DNA of 32,000 nt from Amoeboradix gromovi X-113 (lineage: Eukaryota > Fungi > Sanchytriomycota), in contig JADGIF010000025.1 in the NCBI GenBank assembly GCA_018985225.1, forward strand, positions 3,451 through 35,450. The letters run 5' to 3'. Below the pieces are notes generated by a model that saw nothing but the letters and a program-made list of their open reading frames with translations, had not been told where the DNA came from and ran no database searches. Both the position numbers and the translations under genes were made by a program. Below, in pieces: positions 10,178 to 20,465 of the stretch. Numbering within the stretch: the stretch's first letter is position 1; the number at the start of each line of letters is the position of its first letter.

Positions 10178-10885
10178 TTAAACTCTATCAGTACCACTAT
10201 ATTCATCGTAATCCGAGTACTCTGAATACTCTAGTTGGGTTGTACGGTTATATTCAGTCGATTGCAAATCGCTATAGAAAGTAGGCGTAGTTGTAGCATA
10301 TTCCGAAAAGCTCTCGTCCCCATTAGATGCAAGACCGGTGGAAAAGTATTTTGTGCTTCTATCTTCATAATAAGTGTCATTGTTAGAAGAATGCATGAGG
10401 TTTGCAGAGTTAACGTCTTGCACAGGAAACTCATAGTCTCTAGAGGAGCTCATTGACTGACTATCAGAGGTATCATTCAGAATCATTTTGCTTCTCGAAT
10501 TTCTTCTCTTTCGCATTATGCAAGCTGTAAATCCAAAAAGTGACACTACCCCACATCCAATGCCGCCGATTAGATAGTACGAGTGCGCATAAGCACTAAA
10601 TCCTTGCTCGCTGCTGTCATCCTGATCATCGCCATCGTTTATTTCTGTGCCTTCTGTTATTGGAGCGCTTGTTTCAATAGCTGATGCTGTTTCAGTAGAT
10701 ATAGCAGCTGGCGCAAAAGATTCCACTGGGGATGGTGCTACCTGTAACACCTGCTCTGCTTCAGATGCAGATGAGAAGGCTTTGTCTGCAATGCTTTTTA
10801 TGGCAGGGGATAGTTTTTCTACAGAGCTCGTTATGCTTTCTGGGAACGAGAACCCATTTGTAGAAATAAATAGCAGAGACAGCAT
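10178..10885 (-). CDS. Type I membrane protein with S/T/A-rich ectodomain and Tyr-rich tail (cell-surface sensor-like)
   Basis: Signal peptide MLSLLFISTNG, single TM followed by RKRR. Confidence 0.7.
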   Translation of the reverse strand: MLSLLFISTNGFSFPESITSSVEKLSPAIKSIADKAFSSASEAEQVLQVAPSPVESFAPAAISTETASAIETSAPITEGTEINDGDDQDDSSEQGFSAYAHSYYLIGGIGCGVVSLFGFTACIMRKRRNSRSKMILNDTSDSQSMSSSRDYEFPVQDVNSANLMHSSNNDTYYEDRSTKYFSTGLASNGDESFSEYATTTPTFYSDLQSTEYNRTTQLEYSEYSDYDEYSGTDRV

Positions 10886-11039
10886 GTATTCAGTTTGGGT
10901 CTGGACTACATTTATTGGTTATGCAAATCCTATTTGTCAATCAAACATCGTGAAAATGAATTTGAAGTTACCTAATTGGACAAAGATATTAAAAATAGTC
11001 CTGATAATAAACCGTGATAAACATGATGAAATAGAAGTT

Positions 11040-11558
11040 TTATTCAAAAGTTTGTCTGGTGTACTTCAGCCATTTTCTATACGACATCATTCGTTCAACA
11101 ACGAACGGCGTTAATACAACAGTGCATACTAATGATATGCTATAAACTAGATACAGGGAAGAAGAGACTGTGTCCCGGAGGCCGTGAAGCTGTTCATCAG
11201 TAAAACTGTTTGTCTTTGTAAGCTGTAAATGAGATATTTGCTTGTCCACTTCATCACGAGTAACGATCAAGCTAAAAATACAAAAAGAGAGAGAAATTGC
11301 TTGGTTAATAACATAAAGAAAAATGGATACATATATTGCTTTGCTGCTGCTTTTCATAACAGCATATACTCCAAACATTCCACACAGAATCATGCTACTA
11401 GCATGAATATAACTAAAGACAATAAAAGCTAAACTAAAGTTTTCAAATACGATGACAAACTTCGAAATTCCAAACAGGATAGAAAGGACGAAAAGAACCA
11501 GCATTCCAATCCTTATTCCACAACAACAACAATTTGGTTCGATTGCTTTTGATCGCAT
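11040..11558 (-). CDS. Four-TM membrane protein, paralog 1 (Cys-rich N-terminus)
   Basis: MRSKAIEPNCCCCGIRIG, four hydrophobic helices, C-terminal YRKWLK shared with the other two paralogs. Confidence 0.75.
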   Translation of the reverse strand: MRSKAIEPNCCCCGIRIGMLVLFVLSILFGISKFVIVFENFSLAFIVFSYIHASSMILCGMFGVYAVMKSSSKAIYVSIFLYVINQAISLSFCIFSLIVTRDEVDKQISHLQLTKTNSFTDEQLHGLRDTVSSSLYLVYSISLVCTVVLTPFVVERMMSYRKWLKYTRQTFE

Positions 11559-12050
11559 GTCACACTCCTCATAAAACTCCCGGTTTCCTAGAAAATAAAG
11601 AATTTCGATAGGGAAACTGATATGTGTCTCCAAATTAGGTCTATTCAGAGTTATATTATACATGCTGAGCAGTAAATGCTTCATTCCGCCAATGTTCATA
11701 CCTCTTCCCTAGGAGATAATTTCAAACTTAGACCAGTTTCTAAGTGTAAAACACCTTAGCCATATCGCTTGACGATCTTTAAATGTCACCATATGGCAGA
11801 GATGACTTGGTACCATTTACTATGCACAAGCATTTAATATTTTGATTTGATTAGGTTATAATATGTACTAGTAAATGATAAAATTCATCTGATCTAGACA
11901 AATGGTTTATTTAAGTAGAACCGATTACTCTTGTCCTCAAGATTCTGCAAAAACAAATAAAATATCGTTTAAGTTTTACTTTGATTAGCAATACAACTAG
12001 TTATGCATCACTATAGCTCCATATTATCCTTAATAATATTTTACATGAAT

Positions 12051-12566
12051 TTATTTAAAACTTCGTTCTTTTTTTAGCCATTTGGTATAGATTAGCATCC
12101 AGTTTATTGCTATTGGCATTAGGATGATACTAAAGCTTAACAGCCCGGTAAAAAACAAATATAATCCGATTCTTGTATGCTTTCTGATTGACTGCATTTT
12201 TTCCTCATAGTTTTCTTGTTCAAAAGCATATCCTTTGTACTTGTTCATCGACTTGTCTACTACTTTTTCCATAACACTCAGTATATAGATGTAGTTTCCA
12301 ATAGCAATGACTTCTGCAATTAGATAAACCACCATTGATATTTGTATTAATCTCTTCTTGTTTGTATACATGGCAATAATTCCAACTACTCCGCTTGTAA
12401 TCATGCACGAGCTGTGCAAATGCTCCATTATTATTATTAGTCCTCCCCAGTTTTCTGATATCATCAGCAAACTGACGATCCCGAATGTTATGTTGAACGT
12501 AAATAATGTTATTAATCCTAATCTAATTGGACAACAAGAGCAACTCGTTGGTTCTACAGCTTTCAT
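12051..12566 (-). CDS. Four-TM membrane protein, paralog 2
   Basis: MKAVEPTSCSCCPIRLG..YTKWLKK. Confidence 0.75.
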   Translation of the reverse strand: MKAVEPTSCSCCPIRLGLITLFTFNITFGIVSLLMISENWGGLIIIMEHLHSSCMITSGVVGIIAMYTNKKRLIQISMVVYLIAEVIAIGNYIYILSVMEKVVDKSMNKYKGYAFEQENYEEKMQSIRKHTRIGLYLFFTGLLSFSIILMPIAINWMLIYTKWLKKERSFK

Positions 12567-13166
12567 AAGTCTGTTCCATCCCTCGTGGCAATTGCATGAG
12601 ATGATTAACTTGCCAATACTTCTAGTCAAAAAATAATTTTCAAACTTAAATAATTGTGATTGAATGAATAGTCCCAAGCTTGTAAGCCCTGAGCTATAAA
12701 AAATTTCTTTAACGTTCAGTTAGTATATAAAATTACACTTTTAAGATGTCCTTCGCTTTCTCATAGATTGTTAGCTTCATCATCTTATTCATACTCATAG
12801 CCATACAGTTCTAAACATAAGTTCTCTATACTCTTGATCCATGGGTATCAAGTCGCTTATTTTATCGACGATTTTAAGGTTGATGTAATATCCTCATGTG
12901 ACTTTTTTACCGTGCTTTCAGTGCTTTTTGATAGCTTTTGGACAAGTAGCAAGCAGTTTTTGGCCGTCTGCTCTAATCCTAATTTTGGTTCCATTAAGCA
13001 TGACTCTTATTTTGAGGTTAATTTCCACTATGGATTTTCTCATATTTAAGGCTTTTTCCTTACCTGATATATATGGAAGCGCAAATTAGTTCTGTTTAGA
13101 TAAAGCTGGTGTTAGTGGAGCGCTAACTAGAGAAATAAACGGCTTGTAATTGAAAGAATTCGATAT

Positions 13167-13652
13167 TTATTCAAAAGTGTTTCTCTTTGTCTTCAACCAC
13201 TTACGGTAAGTGATCATTCTTTCGGAAATCAAGATTGTGAAAATGACACTAACGGCCAAAGATATACCATAAACAGCGTATGCGCTAGTTGTTGAAGAGG
13301 CCCGTAGCTTGTCCACTTCCTCGTCACTAAGCGTAACCGAATTGTCATCTTTCTGATAAGGAAATTCAGAAATGATAAACGGCTTTAGCGCAGTCATCGC
13401 GTAAATGCTTAGTGCAATTGAGATCATCTGGGTGATAATAAACAATACCAATGCAAGTACTGTAGCTGCACTGCTCTTTTTAATAACTGCAAACAATCCG
13501 ATGATTCCACCGACTACCATACAGGTACCTTGGCCGAAGCTTCCAAACACAAAGTCGATTATTCCAAATACTAAAGATAAGAAAAATAATATCCCCAATC
13601 CAACCCTAACTCCACAACAGCAACATTTAGGTTCTTTCGTTCTCGTAGTCAT
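13167..13652 (-). CDS. Four-TM membrane protein, paralog 3
   Basis: MTTRTKEPKCCCCGVRVG..YRKWLKTKRNTFE. Confidence 0.75.
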   Translation of the reverse strand: MTTRTKEPKCCCCGVRVGLGILFFLSLVFGIIDFVFGSFGQGTCMVVGGIIGLFAVIKKSSAATVLALVLFIITQMISIALSIYAMTALKPFIISEFPYQKDDNSVTLSDEEVDKLRASSTTSAYAVYGISLAVSVIFTILISERMITYRKWLKTKRNTFE

Positions 13653-14043
13653 GTATCACCCCTTCCCCACTATTGTGAAAAATAAATTATTTTTGAATTC
13701 CAAACTTGAGCCTTTCCTACTGATACTTGGCATGACTTAAGCGAGCTATATAGTTTCGTCTTACTCTAAATCTTATAAAAATTTGGCTTTTGTTAGAGTT
13801 CGTTAACAACGAACTCTCCGTAAAAGATGAGAGTGTGTATGGTTTCTTTGGAGTTCATTCAGAATAATCGTAGGTTAATATTCTGAGTGGCTGATGATCT
13901 TTTATGATGGTTGATAAGGATTGAACCATTTGCTATATTTGATTAAAAAAGATCTCACAATTTTGTTTCATTTGACCTTTTTATTTATTATTTCGTGCAC
14001 TCAAGTTCCATCCGAGATATAAATACAGCCATTGGATATGCTC

Positions 14044-14361
14044 TTAAGAGAGCGTGTCAAAGAGATATTTCCAGTAGTGTGCAGGTCTAAATCCACTTGA
14101 TTTGCAACACACCACGAACTTGATGTAAAACTCATTCAATGTCTCGATCCTCTCACTGTTGTTCAAATTGCAAAGCTTAGCCTCAATTTCGTAAACCTGG
14201 TTCAAAGTTAACCTTGAAATTCCAATGATTTCTGTCATCCTAATAACGTAGACCTCTGTCATTAGCGGCTCATTGTATCCAAACAGTATTTGCGAAATAG
14301 TTTTCATTTGTTTTAAAGTTGTCCCATTTTGCAGCTCTAAATCGAAACAAGACACCTCCAA
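14044..14361 (-). CDS. Hypothetical protein or fragment; start uncertain
   Basis: 105-codon ORF beginning at TTG; no family recognised. Confidence 0.3.
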   Translation of the reverse strand: MEVSCFDLELQNGTTLKQMKTISQILFGYNEPLMTEVYVIRMTEIIGISRLTLNQVYEIEAKLCNLNNSERIETLNEFYIKFVVCCKSSGFRPAHYWKYLFDTLS

Positions 14362-14624
14362 CAGATGTTAATTCAAAACGAATCTTGTTGTATATTTATA
14401 AAAATATCGATCAAAATCACCATCTTAGTTTTTACAGTAGGACAAGAATTAGCTAGCAATCTAACAATTACGTGACATCTCCGTGAATTAGCAAATGATC
14501 TTAATTTAGTATTTGTGTCTATGAAAGATAGACAGCGGCGAAGATCAAAAAGCTATTTTTTACTTCCAGATGTGATCTATTGAAGTTTTCGTCGGTCTTT
14601 GATTCTCTCTGAAACATATCCTCT

Positions 14625-15872
14625 ATGGCGGAACCCAGTTTTCATATATCGACAGATCTCGATAGCATACTCTCCCCGCTACTAATCAGTTCTGCTTCGC
14701 CAACAAATCGAGAGCTAAACAGAACTCAATCTTCGATAAGTTTTATTGAAGAAGATATTCAAAAATATTCGATTCCTAAAACCGTGGTTCTTTTGTTAAA
14801 AAGCTTTATTGGCACTGGTGTTTTGTTCATCCCAAAATCATTCCACGATGCAGGTTTAGTTCCAGCTATCTTGTCTATGTTATTCACTGCTTCCTTATCT
14901 TTTTACGGAGTCAAAATTCTTTTGAAACTGACTCTTGTAACTCCTGGTTCTTATTGGCAAATGGCCCAAGAAATTGGTGGTCGTAAAATGAAACTTTTTG
15001 TCATGGCAATGCTACTATCTCTTCAGAGTGGACTTGTAATGATGTACACTGCTTTTGTTGCTTATAATTTTACTGAACTCGCTAAAACATATACTGGCAC
15101 TCTAATAGATCCTATATGGTTTGTCTTGTCAATTTGCGTCCTTTTGGTTCCAGTTTGTTTTACTTCGAAACTGAAAAACTTTTCAACAATCGCCACTCTC
15201 GGCAACATTTTTATCTTAATCACATTGTCTGCTATCATATACTATTCTGCTGCAGAAATAAGTAGCAACCCCAAACCTTTGAAGCTATACGGAAACTATG
15301 CAAGTACGCTAAGATTTATGGGCACTTCTGTGTTTGCATTTGAGGGCATTGGATTAGTTGTTCCACTAGCTCAAACATTAGAAAACAGCCCTTCATTCAC
15401 GCATATAATGTACATGACCACAGTCGGAATTTTATGCATGTATATGGGATTGGGATTAATCACATCTATTGGCTTTGGAGATGATATCAAATCCATTATA
15501 TTTGAGAACTTAATAGGCGAAAGAGTTGTTGCTTCACTTGTGTTCTTCTACAACTGCTCTGTATTGACTACGATACCGCTTACAATATTTCCAGTTTTTG
15601 AAATTGTCGATGAGTACACAATGGGACTGCGAGTCAAGCAAAAATACTTGTTAAAAATATCCATACTAAGCATGCTATGCTGTCTTTCATGGGTATTTTA
15701 TAGTCACCTGGATCTTTTGGTTGCATTATTGGGCAGCTTCTGTTGTATACCATTAGGTATTATCATACCTGGAATGCTCGGATATAAAATAGAAAAGAGC
15801 TGGACGAACATAAATGTAATTGCATGTGGTGTAATGCTGGTATTTCTATCACTTGTTGTGCTAATTGTCTAA
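14625..15872 (+). CDS. Amino acid transporter (Aa_trans/AAAP family, Avt3/Avt4/SLC36-like)
   Basis: LLLKSFIGTGVLFIPKSF, GTSVFAFEGIGLVVP, multiple TM helices. Confidence 0.92.
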   Translation: MAEPSFHISTDLDSILSPLLISSASPTNRELNRTQSSISFIEEDIQKYSIPKTVVLLLKSFIGTGVLFIPKSFHDAGLVPAILSMLFTASLSFYGVKILLKLTLVTPGSYWQMAQEIGGRKMKLFVMAMLLSLQSGLVMMYTAFVAYNFTELAKTYTGTLIDPIWFVLSICVLLVPVCFTSKLKNFSTIATLGNIFILITLSAIIYYSAAEISSNPKPLKLYGNYASTLRFMGTSVFAFEGIGLVVPLAQTLENSPSFTHIMYMTTVGILCMYMGLGLITSIGFGDDIKSIIFENLIGERVVASLVFFYNCSVLTTIPLTIFPVFEIVDEYTMGLRVKQKYLLKISILSMLCCLSWVFYSHLDLLVALLGSFCCIPLGIIIPGMLGYKIEKSWTNINVIACGVMLVFLSLVVLIV

Positions 15873-15894
15873 TAAACTGAATAATTTGAATTTA

Positions 15895-16704
15895 TTAAAC
15901 TTGATAAGAGTACTTGTTAATCTGCTCTAAGCTACTGCTCTTTTCAGGAGTAGTGGCACCAGAATAGTTATTCAAGTCACTTCTGCTTCTTTTTGGAGTC
16001 TGGGATAGCACTTGGAAAACTGGTTTAGTATAGTTTGACAATTCATCAATTCCCTAAATTAATAAACAATACAGGTAGTATGTTGATGCAGTAATTTATC
16101 AAAGGCTGGTTTAAGCCATAATATTCCATTCCAGCGATTGAACGTAGCTTGGAGTTACGAATAGCACTTGCTTTTGTACCAATTTGAAGCCATGCTGCGT
16201 TACTGCTTTTGCCCTCAAATACTTCAGGAGTGTCTTCTGCTCTGATAATGTAGTAGGGTTGACCCTCTCTCTCTTCAATGCTACATAAATACTGAGTCGA
16301 TCTTAGCGGGTCTACAGTTGACTGGTAAGATCTTTTGATTGAATATCCATTAGGAAATATGTGCTTATCATTGTACCATCTGCTGTCGTTAACAATTTGA
16401 CCCATTTTCATCACTGTATATTGACCAGCTTTAAACGGAGTAAGCGGATACCCAGAAGCAGTCATTACGGGTATTTGGTGATTATAAACGACTTTTCTGT
16501 TTCTTGAACTATTCTTTTTAGGCGCTTTTTTTTCTATTATTGGCATAGTGGTTATTTCGATGCTAAATTAGTGTATTTGTACCACAAATCATTTCCTACA
16601 TCGGATAAGTCTGATAAGTCATCATCGAAATCTTTGATTCTATCCATTTTTGATATCTGATCTACCAAAGCTTCTCTTTCAGACCACACAGATTCCAGAG
16701 TCAT
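15895..16704 (-). CDS. FYRN/FYRC domain protein (TBRG1-like); introns 16563-16582 and 16054-16072
   Basis: MGQIV..IFPNGYSIKRSYQSTVDP..YLCSI (FYRN) and AGMEYYGL..LP|G (FYRC); two tiny introns join three frames. Confidence 0.85.
16054..16072 (-). other. 19-nt intron
   Basis: gtattgtttattaatttag; removal restores LPG and an open frame to TAA at 15895. Confidence 0.8.
16563..16582 (-). other. 20-nt intron
   Basis: gtacaaatacactaatttag; joins ORFs 16552-16737 and 16046-16546 in frame. Confidence 0.8.
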
Positions 16705-16894
16705 ATTATTTTGTGACAATGGAGAATTTTTGCACAAAAGTTATTAGTTGACCGATCAAGCTTTGGACTTGATTTGCACGAATATCATAGAGGGTCAACA
16801 ATAACTAGCTACATTCCGTGAGTACAATTGTGTTAAGTTACGTCACGTACAAAGTTACGCTTTGAGATGAATGACCTTGCCATCTTAAACCTTT

Positions 16895-17377
16895 ATGGGC
16901 CAAGATTCTTGCGACATTAAAATGCAATCTAATTGGAAAGTTCTCTTCGAGCCACAGTTTGGTAAGTTTGATATTCGCAAGTTCACCTGCAAATGTGGGG
17001 GCACGTTGACAAAGCCTGCAAAGTTTAATGTGCTTATGCATCTTCAAAATGCCTGTCCTAGAGCTCAGAGCATATCGCTTTCTGACTTGATTCAAAAGCT
17101 GGCAGTGTTAACTGCTTACGATCCCTTGGGATGGAGATATAGAGTAATGAAAGATGGAAACGTTAGAAGTAGAAGATTGCCAAATAGCAGTTATGGGTAT
17201 GCATGGACTTGCCATACTTGTAATAGCGTGTTACCACTTGATAAAGAATCTGTGTATGACCATGTCAGAAAATGCTTGTCTTCCACTTGCCTGGTAAAAA
17301 TGGAAGAGTGCACCCTCTCAGACGAAGCAAAACACTTTTCTGCCAAGCTAATGTACATATCTGACTACTTTCATTAA
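16895..17377 (+). CDS. Hypothetical protein with two C2HC-like zinc-finger motifs
   Basis: CKCG..LMHLQNAC and CHTC..YDHVRKC. Confidence 0.5.
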   Translation: MGQDSCDIKMQSNWKVLFEPQFGKFDIRKFTCKCGGTLTKPAKFNVLMHLQNACPRAQSISLSDLIQKLAVLTAYDPLGWRYRVMKDGNVRSRRLPNSSYGYAWTCHTCNSVLPLDKESVYDHVRKCLSSTCLVKMEECTLSDEAKHFSAKLMYISDYFH

Positions 17378-17824
17378 ATTGTATTTATTATATCCAATGT
17401 CTTTTTTTACACTCTCCAATAAGCGTTGTGATCTACAAGTGCAAAAGAGATCTTGACCTACTAGCTGTCTAAAACGCGTCAAAGAATACCAGACATAACA
17501 TGCTAATTGCACAAGATAATTGCGCTCACTCTGACATCACTAAAATTAACAACCTGGATAAGTGTCTATCTGACACATAGGGCTTGTTGTCAGAGATATA
17601 CAAGCTATAATTTTGTAATAAGTTGATAGAAAGAGTGTAATAAAAGAGAGGACTAGTGCGGTGACGGTAACTAACCGCAAAAAAGGTAAATGAATTATAC
17701 AAATAAGAAACTAGTCCACAGTTTTTGTAAAGAGACTTCATTTTGCTTATTCTTGAGTTCAGAATGAGCCAACAGAACTTGGTATAGATGGGTTTTCACC
17801 TATAGCAGCCCGATTGTTTTCTTG

Positions 17825-18377
17825 AATAAATCATTTATCGCGAATTTGTATATATTTTTGTATCATTTCAAGACTTTTCCAGATTTTTCTAATAGCTTAA
17901 ACACTCGATATTCTTCCTTTTCACAAGTGGTAAATCAGAGCTAAAGAAATAACTAGCAGGCAGAGCATAAATTGATCAACACTGATAAGCTGGTCCAAAC
18001 ATGGAAGAATTAGATGTCTTTCAATGCCTAGACAGCGATATCTGTACAATTTATTCAAGGAACGCTTGAAGTTCAAATGTAAACAAAGAGGAAAGAAGAT
18101 GGTTGAATGTAATGAAGCATTTACTAGTCATACATGTACAAGGTATGGTACTCTAAAGAAAACCAACTTAGAAACTTGCACCTGTACCAATTGTCATTTG
18201 GAGATAGATAGAGACCATATGGCTGCAAGGAACATATACATCAAGTATCTGTATCCTTATTTAATCCCGCCTCAGGGTAGTGAAAGCGTGAGCAATCACT
18301 GTAACGGAGATCTAGCATTGCTAGTTTCTCTGTGGAAATTCATGATTTTCTCGGAAATCAGGACTTTTAGGGAGGAG
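17825..18377 (+). mobile_element. IS607/Fanzor2-derived non-autonomous element copy H (~550 bp, both ends present)
   Basis: STLISWSKHGRIRCLSMPRQRYLYNL|FKERLKFKCKQRG..NEAFTS..DRDHMAARNIYIKYL; same deletion junction and CTRYG lesion as copy B. Confidence 0.9.
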
Positions 18378-18577
18378 AGGTAATTACACATGGAAATGTC
18401 TGCTTCATTGGTTCTGTTACTGAGACATTTACTCTCAACTGTTTTCCAATTTGTGCATCGTACAAACTTTTACTAAAACCTGTTACTCTTTGCAAACCTG
18501 TATAGTACTTCCATTTTGCTATTCTATAATTTACACTTCGCAAATATACCGATATATTTATCAAGAAAACCATTTGG

Positions 18578-18670
18578 GTGTGAGTAACCATTATAATGGA
18601 GCTACTGGCATAGTGTGTTTGGCTGTGGAAATTCTCGACAACCTCCTCAATCAGGACTTTTAACGCGGAG
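18578..18670 (+). repeat. Older right-end copy I, ending 3 bp before the TRM61 ATG
   Basis: gtgtgagtaaccattataatggagc..ctgtggaaattctcgac..aatcaggacttttaacgcggag. Confidence 0.78.
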
Positions 18671-18673
18671 CGA

Positions 18674-19492
18674 ATGCAAAAACCCAATTTTGGTGACACA
18701 GTCATTGTAAAGTTTGGACAGGACCATAAAGAGGTTCTGTTAGAAAAAGGAAAAAAGATAATGAACAGGTTTGGGGCCTTTCCTCATGATGAAATTGTTC
18801 TTTTGCCATATGGTAGTAAATTAATGGGTAAGCAGAAGTTTGGCTATTTGTTAAAATTCTCACCTATCTTATGGTCAAAAGCATTGTCTAATAGAACTCA
18901 GATAATTTATCCTTGCGATATGTCACTGATTATCGCAAGGTTGAACATTGTTCCTGGAAGTATAGTAGTTGAAAGCGGAACAGGAAGTGGCTGTCTTTCA
19001 CATGGAATTATAAACGCACTAGCGCCTCTAGGACATTTATACACTTTCGAATATAATGAAAACAGATTTATTGAAGCCAAAAAAGAATTTGCAAATCACA
19101 AATTGAGCGATTTAGTTACTGTAACTCATCAAGATGTTTGTTTACATGGATTTGACATAACCGACTTGGCTGACTCGGTATTCCTTGATCTCCCATCTCC
19201 TTGGGAATGCATTAGATTTGCAAAAAAAGCGCTTCGAAAAGATGCTTTAACGCGAATCTGTATATTTTCACCTTGCATAGAACAAATTCAACAATCTTGC
19301 AAGGCTCTGTCAGAAAATGGGTTTTCAAGCATCAAGATGTTCGAATGCTTGATGTATGACCATTCTATAAGGCCTATTTCCGTCCCTGATATAGTAACGG
19401 GAGAATCATCTGAAATTACTATGGTTGGTAGATTTACAGAGCAAAAATCCCATACTAGTTTTTTATTATTTGCCGAATTAGAGCAATTTTAA
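18674..19492 (+). CDS. TRM61: tRNA m1A58 methyltransferase catalytic subunit
   Basis: RTQIIYP, VESGTGSG, FLDLPSPW, FSPCIEQ, HTSFLLFA. Confidence 0.96.
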   Translation: MQKPNFGDTVIVKFGQDHKEVLLEKGKKIMNRFGAFPHDEIVLLPYGSKLMGKQKFGYLLKFSPILWSKALSNRTQIIYPCDMSLIIARLNIVPGSIVVESGTGSGCLSHGIINALAPLGHLYTFEYNENRFIEAKKEFANHKLSDLVTVTHQDVCLHGFDITDLADSVFLDLPSPWECIRFAKKALRKDALTRICIFSPCIEQIQQSCKALSENGFSSIKMFECLMYDHSIRPISVPDIVTGESSEITMVGRFTEQKSHTSFLLFAELEQF

Positions 19493-19664
19493 CCAATAAA
19501 TCAGTAACCATTTATTTTTCCAGTCAAGTCATTGATCATTGTTCAGTTAGTTTCCAATGACTTGAAGATTGTTTCAGCTCATATTCACATCCTCTATGTA
19601 GTCACTGTCCAGACTCCCCATTGGGAGGGACTCCTATTTCTCCTACTATATTGATATCATCGTT

Positions 19665-19711
19665 TAACGTATTTATTATCAAAAAAACTTTTTTTGATAA
19701 TAAATACGTTA
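19665..19711. repeat. Perfect 47-bp palindrome (23-bp arms, 1-nt spacer)
   Basis: taacgtatttattatcaaaaaaa-c-tttttttgataataaatacgtta. Confidence 0.95.
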
Positions 19712-20128
19712 TCCTTGGAATCTTGCCCATAGCAGCTGTATCAAGATATAAAAGTACCATATCCCCAAGTAAGCAGCGATAATGTTTTAATTCAGCTTCT
19801 AAGTGAGAGGATCGCTTCTCATTTTGAAAACTCTGAGCATCTTTAAAATTGTGCTGATAACGGACATCACCATGGCAGACGCCTATTTATCATATTTTTT
19901 CGCTTTCTCGTGTATTTATTCATCATACTTCGTAATCATAACCAAACATGTTCGTTATCTTCACCGAGGATAAATTGGTCACATAGCTCAGTAACATCGC
20001 ACTGGTGTAGGCATCAGTTTTTATCTGGAGTGACGTTAATGCTATTGATTGGAATCTGTTGATTGGCAAGAAATGATTGGTTCTAATTCCACCTTAAATA
20101 ATAAATTCTCCTATCGTTACTAGTCCAG

Positions 20129-20398
20129 ATGTTGAAGAGAAGCGTTGCTGTTTGGAATTTGTTTGATGTGCCACTAGAAACACCTTTGCAAGTCAAGTTA
20201 GTGGTTGAAAGCAGATATGGTCCCATTAGCTTGGATGTTTCTCCACTGATTACTTCTTGTGCTTTATACGCCCAGTTGGAAACGGTTCTTAATGGTGGAA
20301 CCCTTCATTACGAAGACGGTAAGGCTGTGGATTCTTCGTACTCACATTTATATGAGATCGGTTTAAGCAACAAAATCAACAAATTGTATGTATCATAA
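20129..20398 (+). CDS. Small hypothetical protein, possibly ubiquitin-like fold
   Basis: 89-aa ATG ORF; pattern VKLVVESRYGPISLDVSP..LYEIGL is suggestive only. Confidence 0.5.
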   Translation: MLKRSVAVWNLFDVPLETPLQVKLVVESRYGPISLDVSPLITSCALYAQLETVLNGGTLHYEDGKAVDSSYSHLYEIGLSNKINKLYVS

Positions 20399-20465
20399 GC
20401 TAAATCTATTAAACAATAAATTTAGGTTCTTCTGACTAGAAATTGCTGCGACTCGTGTTACATGT

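Noticed and set aside
13795-13817. 10-bp hairpin agagttcgtt-aac-aacgaactct
   Set aside because: It is a single short instance with no supporting context.
1-18670. CRISPR array interpretation of the recurring repeat
   Set aside because: Copies are dispersed, on both strands, irregularly spaced and attached to transposon coding remnants; no cas genes are present.
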